Below are positions 58,211 to 64,000 of a DNA stretch of 64,000 bases, piece after piece (within the stretch, counting starts at the first letter, position 1; every line of letters begins with the position of its first letter). The notes beneath the pieces were generated by a model. The model had not been told where the DNA came from and made no database searches. It saw only the letters and a program-made list of their open reading frames with translations. The position numbers and the translations under genes are program-made. The DNA comes from Clostridiaceae bacterium. Its GTDB lineage: Bacteria; Bacillota; Clostridia; DUPQ01. Location: positions 108-64,107 of the forward strand of contig DUPQ01000014.1 in assembly GCA_012838235.1 (NCBI GenBank), written 5' to 3'.

Positions 58211-58951
58211 ATGTTAAATAAATACAGTTCCACACCGTTATACTATCAGCTTAAGGAAGTACTTATAAAAGCAATTAATAATGGCAAATATGCTCCTGGT
58301 GAAGCAATTCCTTCGGAGAATGAGCTTGCCGCACAGTACAGCCTGTCCAGACCTACCGTTCGTCAGGCACTGGGTGAACTGGTAAAAATGGGTTATCTTA
58401 TAAAAATAAAGGGAAAAGGCACCTTTGTAGCGGATTTTATCAATAAAGTCAATTATGATTATACAAAAGGCTTTATTCATTGCTTATTGGACACAATAGA
58501 TACATCAAACAGAAAAATCATTGAATCTACGACAATTGTAGGTACATTGGAATTGAATAAAAAATTCAGTACGGATTTTAAATCGAATTTTCATGAGGAT
58601 TATTCAAAAATCACATATATTACCGAAACCGATGAAAATATTTCCTATTCCGTATCAATGCTTCCTTTAAACTATTTTCCCAATGCAGCAGAGCTTATGT
58701 TCAAAAATGTCAACTCTATTGATTTACTGGTAGGGAAGTATCCCTTGGATCCTACCAGTGCTAAATCATCAATTTCACTGGTTAATGCAGATACCGTTAT
58801 AGCCAAATACATGAAACTTCCGGAAAACGCACCGTTATTTAAGGTGGAAACATTCCTGTATGCACGAACAGGTAACATTGTAGAGTTCAATACTACATAT
58901 TACAATGCATACAGTTCCATAATTGATATAAGCAGAACCAGAAGAGTTTAA
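58211..58951 (+). CDS. GntR-family transcriptional regulator, HutC/UTRA subfamily
   Basis: Winged HTH PLYYQLKE...PGEAIPSENELAAQYSLSRPTVRQALGELVKMGYL, plus a C-terminal UTRA-size effector domain. ATG 58211 is preferred over GTG 58202. Confidence 0.85.
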   Translation: MLNKYSSTPLYYQLKEVLIKAINNGKYAPGEAIPSENELAAQYSLSRPTVRQALGELVKMGYLIKIKGKGTFVADFINKVNYDYTKGFIHCLLDTIDTSNRKIIESTTIVGTLELNKKFSTDFKSNFHEDYSKITYITETDENISYSVSMLPLNYFPNAAELMFKNVNSIDLLVGKYPLDPTSAKSSISLVNADTVIAKYMKLPENAPLFKVETFLYARTGNIVEFNTTYYNAYSSIIDISRTRRV

Positions 58952-58980
58952 ATCTTTTCTGTATTGTTTTGAGGATTGAT

Positions 58981-59079
58981 ATGAAGATAGATAACAGTGA
59001 TATAATTTTTGCAATCGCAATCATATTTATAGTACTGGTAGCAATCTGGATATATGTGATAGTTTTTTGCTATACCTGA
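58981..59079 (+). CDS. Candidate small hydrophobic peptide, 32 aa (MKIDNSDIIFAIAIIFIVLVAIWIYVIVFCYT)
   Basis: My own translation; the ORF is below the ORF-track size cutoff. GAGGA lies 5 nt upstream of the ATG. There is one predicted TM helix. A hairpin follows at 59082-59106. Confidence 0.3.
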   Translation: MKIDNSDIIFAIAIIFIVLVAIWIYVIVFCYT

Positions 59080-59081
59080 GG

Positions 59082-59106
59082 GAGGGAAGGTGGAAAAACT
59101 TCCCTT
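59082..59106 (+). terminator. Hairpin after the small ORF (possible weak terminator)
   Basis: GAGGGAAG-N9-CTTCCCTT (one G:T pair). The downstream tract is A/T-rich but is not a clean T-run. Confidence 0.35.
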
Positions 59107-59122
59107 AATTAATTTACTGATG

Positions 59123-59150
59123 ATTAGACATAATCATAATTTTGTCTAAT
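59123..59150. repeat. Perfect 8-bp inverted repeat ATTAGACA-N12-TGTCTAAT
   Basis: Read directly from the sequence. It lies in the non-coding gap downstream of the GntR-family gene. Confidence 0.8.
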
Positions 59151-59500
59151 ATAGGGAACTGATTTTAAGCCTTTTAAGGCAAAAAAGCTGCTTTTCAATA
59201 TTTTCCCTCTTTTTTTAGCATTTTATTTCTTTTATTACAACCCCGTTCATCATTTGCAGTTTTTTAAAATGTTCTATCGGTTTATTCTTTCTGATTTATT
59301 TTTTTTTCTTACAAGTCTTCCGATTGCTTTTGTTCCTTATAATCATTTCACAGGTTTTAATTGAAAATATAATTCTCTTTATTTTTCATTATGCTGTTTA
59401 ATTCATTACAATCAATCTGATATATTGTTCTATTATTTTTTTAATTCCGTATGTTTTAAATGAAGAACTTACGTTCGTATTTGTGTATTCTCTTTTTATG

Positions 59501-59534
59501 TTGAAAATAAGAGGAATGATTATTTTATCATTCC
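59501..59534 (-). terminator. Intrinsic terminator after mgtE
   Basis: The minus strand reads GGAATGAT-aaaata-ATCATTCC followed by TCTTATTTT. Confidence 0.65.
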
Positions 59535-59570
59535 CCTGCCGAAAATTATAAATTGAAGTATTCGTGTTAT

Positions 59571-60908
59571 TTATACTAATCCTAGTAATGCTTTGGCAAT
59601 AGCAAAATATATCAGTACTGCAAAGGCATCCACAATTGTAGTAATCATCGGCGATACCGCTACAGCCGGATCCAGTTTAATCTTTTTTGCCAGGAACGGC
59701 AATGTGGAACCTGCAACCATTGCTATGGATATTGTACATATTAATGTAAGAGAAACTGCTGCGGCTATTATTGGGTCAATACGTTGAAGAAGCCATAATT
59801 TCAAGAAGTTGGCTACTGCAAGAAGCACACCGATTACAAGGGAGACTCTGAATTCCTTGAAAAGAACCCTTGGCATATCACTGAATTTAATCTCATTAAT
59901 TCCCAAACCTCTTACAATCAATGTGGTTGTCTGAGCCCCTGTATTTCCGGCCGTATCCATTAACATAGGTAGAAATCCCGCCAACACCACATATGTGGCT
60001 AAGAATTCTTCATATTTACCGATTATAAGCTGTGATACTGTTGCTCCTATCATTAACACCAGAAGCCATATAATTCTGCTTTTTGCCAGTCCGAATACCC
60101 CTGTTTTCAAGTAAGGATTTTCCAACGGCGCGGCACCTGTCATCCTTGTCATTTCTTCAGAAGTGTCTTCTTCAATTAATTCCATTACGTCGTCTACCGT
60201 AATAATACCTACAAGCCTGTCTTCGGTATCTACAACAGGTAAACTTAATATGTCATATTTCGTAAACATTTGGGAAATCTCATCCGTTGAAGTCAATGTA
60301 TTGGCTTTAATTACATCATCATTCATTATGTCACTTATCTGTTCGTCATAATCCGCTAAAATCAGATCTTTTAATGTAACTTCACCGAGCATTATTCTTT
60401 TATCATCAATTACATAGCAGTTATTTACGGTTTCTTTTCTTACTGCATATTTTTTTACTCTTTCAATAGCTTCTTTAACCGTCATATCCGGTTTAAGGTC
60501 CATATACTCTATTGTCATAACCGAACCTGCCGTATCATCAGGATACTGTAAAAAGTGATTTATGAGCTTTCTACGGGATTCTGAAACATTCTGCAGCACT
60601 CTGGTTACATAATTTGCAGGTAATTCACTGATTATGTCGACAGTATCATCTATAAACAGATTATTCATAAGGTAAGTTATTTCTTCTTCATTAATATTCG
60701 ATAAAATATCAATGTGCGTATCTTTATCCATGTACGCAAAAACATCGGCTCCCATGTCTTTACTTAAGAGTCTAAAAACAACTATTGCATCATTTTCATC
60801 CAGTTCGGAAATAACTTCGGCGATATCCGCGGGATTTTCCTCAGCGAGTAATGCCTTGAGTTTTTTATAGTCTTTTTGAACAAGTAATTCTAATATTGTA
60901 TCAATCAT
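59571..60908 (-). CDS. mgtE: Magnesium transporter MgtE
   Basis: N-terminal MgtE-N domain, tandem CBS region, and C-terminal TM domain with DTAGNTGAQ and ITTIVDA segments. Confidence 0.95.
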   Translation of the reverse strand: MIDTILELLVQKDYKKLKALLAEENPADIAEVISELDENDAIVVFRLLSKDMGADVFAYMDKDTHIDILSNINEEEITYLMNNLFIDDTVDIISELPANYVTRVLQNVSESRRKLINHFLQYPDDTAGSVMTIEYMDLKPDMTVKEAIERVKKYAVRKETVNNCYVIDDKRIMLGEVTLKDLILADYDEQISDIMNDDVIKANTLTSTDEISQMFTKYDILSLPVVDTEDRLVGIITVDDVMELIEEDTSEEMTRMTGAAPLENPYLKTGVFGLAKSRIIWLLVLMIGATVSQLIIGKYEEFLATYVVLAGFLPMLMDTAGNTGAQTTTLIVRGLGINEIKFSDMPRVLFKEFRVSLVIGVLLAVANFLKLWLLQRIDPIIAAAVSLTLICTISIAMVAGSTLPFLAKKIKLDPAVAVSPMITTIVDAFAVLIYFAIAKALLGLV

Positions 60909-61066
60909 GTCAATCCTTTCCGTTAAAGGGCTTTAAACATGACCGATCAGCCCTCTAACTTACCATTATTAAATTTCGTTCATAACTCGTACTGTCCGGT
61001 AAGGGCGTTTCCAATAAAAAATCCTTCCTTTGTTCAATATTAGATAAAAGTTGTTTATCCTTAATT

Positions 61067-61095
61067 ATTCTATATCATTGATTATGCGGTGTCAA
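61067..61095 (-). promoter_or_regulatory. Sigma-A-type promoter of mgtE, giving a ~150-nt leader
   Basis: The minus strand reads TTGACA (61095-61090), 17-nt spacer, TAGAAT (61072-61067). Confidence 0.6.
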
Positions 61096-61183
61096 AATAA
61101 ATTTTAATTATTCAATAATAATTTACGATAAAATTATTGAAATTTTGGATTATAAAAAAATCGTCTTTAAGAATAATTAAAAA

Positions 61184-63559
61184 CTACTTATTTTTATCCT
61201 TAAGAAATATAACGGTTATTCCCGATTCGCCTTCGCCGTATACTCCCAACCTGAAGGAACTGATATAAGGATTGGATTTTAAGTAATCATGAACCCCTTT
61301 TCTTAATGCTCCTGTACCTTTTCCGTGTATAACCGATAATTCGTGCAATCCGGCAAAATAACCCTGCTCGATAAACTTATCCAGCTTGGATTCCGCTTCA
61401 AAAATCGTATTCCCGCGTATATCCAGTTCCATCTTTGCAGGTCCGGAAGTTTTAATTACATTCATCTTTAAGTTTTTATTTATTTCCTTTTGTTCATCTA
61501 TTTTATATACATCCTTTATATTAACGGTCATTTTAATGATTCCCGCCTGAACAATAATATTTCCGTCTTTATCGGGATTGGATAACACATCGGCTCTCTG
61601 TTTAAGATTTCGCAACATAACGGTATCACCGCTCTTGATATCATCAGTAGTGATATCTTTATCATTCTCTTGATCTGCGTCCTTAATTTCCAGTATTTCT
61701 TTTGTTTTTCTGACAGTAGTTCTGAAATCCGCTTCCGTTTTGGCATTTACCGTAATATTGCTCTTTTTAAGTTCATCTATCTCATTTATAAGATGCTGTG
61801 CTTTATCTAATGCTTTTTCAATAAGTTTCTTTGCATCTTTCTTCGCTTTTTCAAGTATTTTATCCCGTTCTTTATCAATACCGTCCCGTTCTTTTTCCAG
61901 CTGTTTTTTAATCTCTTCTATCTCTTTTTTGTATTCAGTCGCTTTAATTCTATCTTTTTCCATTCTTTGGCGACTTTTCTCCAGTGAAAGAATAACATTT
62001 TCATAATCGCTGCTTTTGTTGTCTATCGAACTTTTCGCCATCTTTATTATTTCTTCGTCTAATCCCAGTCTTCTGGATATATATATGGCATTACTTTTTC
62101 CCGGTATTCCTATAAGCAACCTGAATGTCGGTTTCAAAGTTTTTACGTCAAACTCACAGCTTGCATTCTCCACATTTTCCGTAACCGAAGCATATGTCTT
62201 CAATTCCGTGTAATGTGTTGTTGCAACCGTTGTTATATTTCTGTTTCTTAATGTTTCTATTATAGCTGATGCAAGCGCGGAACCTTCTACGGGATCGGTT
62301 CCCGCACCCAGTTCATCCAACAATACCAGACTCAAATCATCGGCATTTTTCAGTATGTTAATAATATTAGTCATATGTGATGAAAATGTACTTAAGTTCT
62401 GCTCAATGCTCTGTTCATCGCCTATATCCGCATAAATGCTGTTAAAAACGCATATTTCGCTGCCTTCATCGGCCGGAATTGCCAATCCGGCATGTGCCAT
62501 TGCGGTTAAAAGACCTACCGTCTTAAGAGTGACGGTTTTACCTCCCGTATTCGGTCCTGTAATTACAAGTATTCTGAAGTTTTTACCTATCTTAAAATCT
62601 ATCGGAACTACAATATCCTCGGGTATAAGCGGGTGTTTTGCATTTAAAAGGCGAATTTCCCTGTTCTTATTTATACCGGGAATGGTGCCGCTGTATGACA
62701 TTGCGTATGCGGCTTTTGCAAACATGACATCTAAATTGCAACAGATATTAAAATTGCTTAATATCTCATCTTTATATATGGCGCATTGCTCGGAAAGTTT
62801 TCTCAATATCCTCTCAATCTCTTTCTTTTCATCATTTATCAGTTCCCTTATCTTATTGTTCATATTCACTATTTCCATAGGCTCTATAAACAAAGTGGAA
62901 CCTGTTTGTGATGTATCATGAATTACGCCTTTTACTACATTTCTGTATTCGCTTTTGATTGGAATGACATATCTGTCCTGACGCATAGTGATTATATTGT
63001 CCTGCATATATTTTCTGTACTTATCACTTCCCGTAAAAGACAGCAGTTTATCCTTTATAGCTTCCTGATTCTTTAATATGCTGTTTCTTATTCGCAGCAA
63101 TTCCTTTGATGCGTCGTCGGCAATATCCTCTTCCGAAAGTATGCATCTTCTTATCTCCGATTCAATATCGTACAGTGGAACAATGTGCTCAATTATCTTT
63201 TTAATATCATATTCATCTGCGTTATTCGGGTTTAAAGTTTGGCTTGTTTCGCTAACTCTTCTTGCTATACAGGAGTTATCTCTGATTATAAGTAATTCTT
63301 TGGTACTTAATACCCCTTGAAGACTTAATCTTTTTATTATGCCGCTTACATCGGTAAGTCCTTCAAAATCAGGTTTTCCTTTTACTTTGATGAAATACAT
63401 GGCGGATTTAAGAGTGTTAAGATCGGATATAATAGTGTCGTATTCGGTTGAAGGAAATATCCTTTCAACACTTGATTTACCCGGTGCAGAGTCCGCATAG
63501 TCGGCAAGTATTTTTATTATTTTGTCATATTCAATTTTCTTTAAATACTTTTCTTCCAT
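61184..63559 (-). CDS. mutS2: Endonuclease MutS2 (MutS-family ATPase with C-terminal Smr domain)
   Basis: Walker A GPNTGGKT, LLDELGAGTDP, Lys/Glu-rich coiled-coil linker, and C-terminal Smr motif VIHGKGTGALR. Confidence 0.95.
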   Translation of the reverse strand: MEEKYLKKIEYDKIIKILADYADSAPGKSSVERIFPSTEYDTIISDLNTLKSAMYFIKVKGKPDFEGLTDVSGIIKRLSLQGVLSTKELLIIRDNSCIARRVSETSQTLNPNNADEYDIKKIIEHIVPLYDIESEIRRCILSEEDIADDASKELLRIRNSILKNQEAIKDKLLSFTGSDKYRKYMQDNIITMRQDRYVIPIKSEYRNVVKGVIHDTSQTGSTLFIEPMEIVNMNNKIRELINDEKKEIERILRKLSEQCAIYKDEILSNFNICCNLDVMFAKAAYAMSYSGTIPGINKNREIRLLNAKHPLIPEDIVVPIDFKIGKNFRILVITGPNTGGKTVTLKTVGLLTAMAHAGLAIPADEGSEICVFNSIYADIGDEQSIEQNLSTFSSHMTNIINILKNADDLSLVLLDELGAGTDPVEGSALASAIIETLRNRNITTVATTHYTELKTYASVTENVENASCEFDVKTLKPTFRLLIGIPGKSNAIYISRRLGLDEEIIKMAKSSIDNKSSDYENVILSLEKSRQRMEKDRIKATEYKKEIEEIKKQLEKERDGIDKERDKILEKAKKDAKKLIEKALDKAQHLINEIDELKKSNITVNAKTEADFRTTVRKTKEILEIKDADQENDKDITTDDIKSGDTVMLRNLKQRADVLSNPDKDGNIIVQAGIIKMTVNIKDVYKIDEQKEINKNLKMNVIKTSGPAKMELDIRGNTIFEAESKLDKFIEQGYFAGLHELSVIHGKGTGALRKGVHDYLKSNPYISSFRLGVYGEGESGITVIFLKDKNK

Positions 63560-63598
63560 ATGTTCTCTTTTTTGTTAACTCTTAAAATCTTATTTCGT

Positions 63599-64000
63599 TC
63601 AATCTACATGCTTTTTTATCTTATTCAAGTAAAACTGAGAAAAACTTGTATACATTATATCGTAGATTACAAATACGATTATTGCTGCTGCAAATACCAG
63701 CCACATATTGTATTTCAGCATAATCTCCGGTAATATTCCCGCAATCTTTGTGGCGAAATACATGTTTAAGAAGAATATGCCGATGAAATATACCAGTTTT
63801 ACAATTAGAATAATAACCTTGGATTTTATCTTCTCAATCAGGTATTTAATTACAGCATATATACCGAAAAAAGAGTAAAACAACAGTAATGTCATTTTAT
63901 CTCCGGGCATTACAAGGGAAAGAATAAATGAAGCGACAATGAAAATGATACATTGTTTTATACCGTATTCAATAACGACTATTCCGGGGATAAGGCTTAT
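63599..64000 (-). CDS. Hypothetical membrane protein, 5'-truncated by window edge (possibly CvpA-like)
   Basis: The frame of ORF 63599..63910 stays open upstream to base 64000 (...ISLIPGIVVIEYGIKQCIIFIVASFILSLVMPGDK...), so the true start is probably outside the window. The CvpA guess rests only on hydrophobic character and position upstream of mutS2. Confidence 0.4.
   Translation of the reverse strand: MSLIPGIVVIEYGIKQCIIFIVASFILSLVMPGDKMTLLLFYSFFGIYAVIKYLIEKIKSKVIILIVKLVYFIGIFFLNMYFATKIAGILPEIMLKYNMWLVFAAAIIVFVIYDIMYTSFSQFYLNKIKKHVD

Noticed and set aside
60909-61066. Calling the mgtE leader an M-box (ykoK) riboswitch
   Set aside because: This is expected from context, but I could not find the conserved M-box core blocks in the correct order or spacing by eye. 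It is reported only as an unclassified leader that needs a covariance-model search.

Overview
This is a 64-kb, AT-rich, tightly packed chromosomal segment. Its gene content and order look like a strictly anaerobic low-GC Firmicute (Clostridia-type). I call 56 protein-coding regions (two cut by the window edges), 2 tRNA genes, and several sigma-A-type promoters, intrinsic terminators and short inverted repeats. Most of it is core housekeeping: ligA 3' end, cobB-recG-nagA, a trimeric HydC/HydB/HydA [FeFe]-hydrogenase operon, dprA-topA, murT, an ECF sigma/anti-sigma pair, polA-coaE, ylxM-ffh-rpsP-KH-rimM-trmD, glyA, rarA, nifS-nifU, gltX-xer, nadK-argR-recN, tRNA-Gly/tRNA-Arg, a beta-CASP RNase, iscS-thiI, lepB-rplS-rbgA-rnhB, mgtE and mutS2. 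I found no CRISPR array, IS element, prophage, toxin-antitoxin pair or recognisable defence island, and no convincing evidence for a wholly new multi-gene system. The items most worth a second look are: (1) a head-to-tail tandem pair of ~1040-aa polytopic membrane proteins with a degenerate GGDEF and an intact EAL domain; (2) HydA carrying TSCSPGW instead of the textbook TSCCPxW H-cluster motif; (3) two Rex-like operators over the hydrogenase promoter; (4) a near-consensus promoter abutting the murT ATG with no Shine-Dalgarno (leaderless candidate), with murT lacking an adjacent gatD; (5) a membrane protein combining a PP2C-like domain that has lost its metal ligands with an extracellular LysM domain; (6) an unannotated 32-codon hydrophobic ORF followed by ~0.4 kb of non-coding DNA; (7) a ~150-nt mgtE leader in which I cannot recognise an M-box. 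All functional calls come from reading motifs in the supplied translations by eye. No database search was run.
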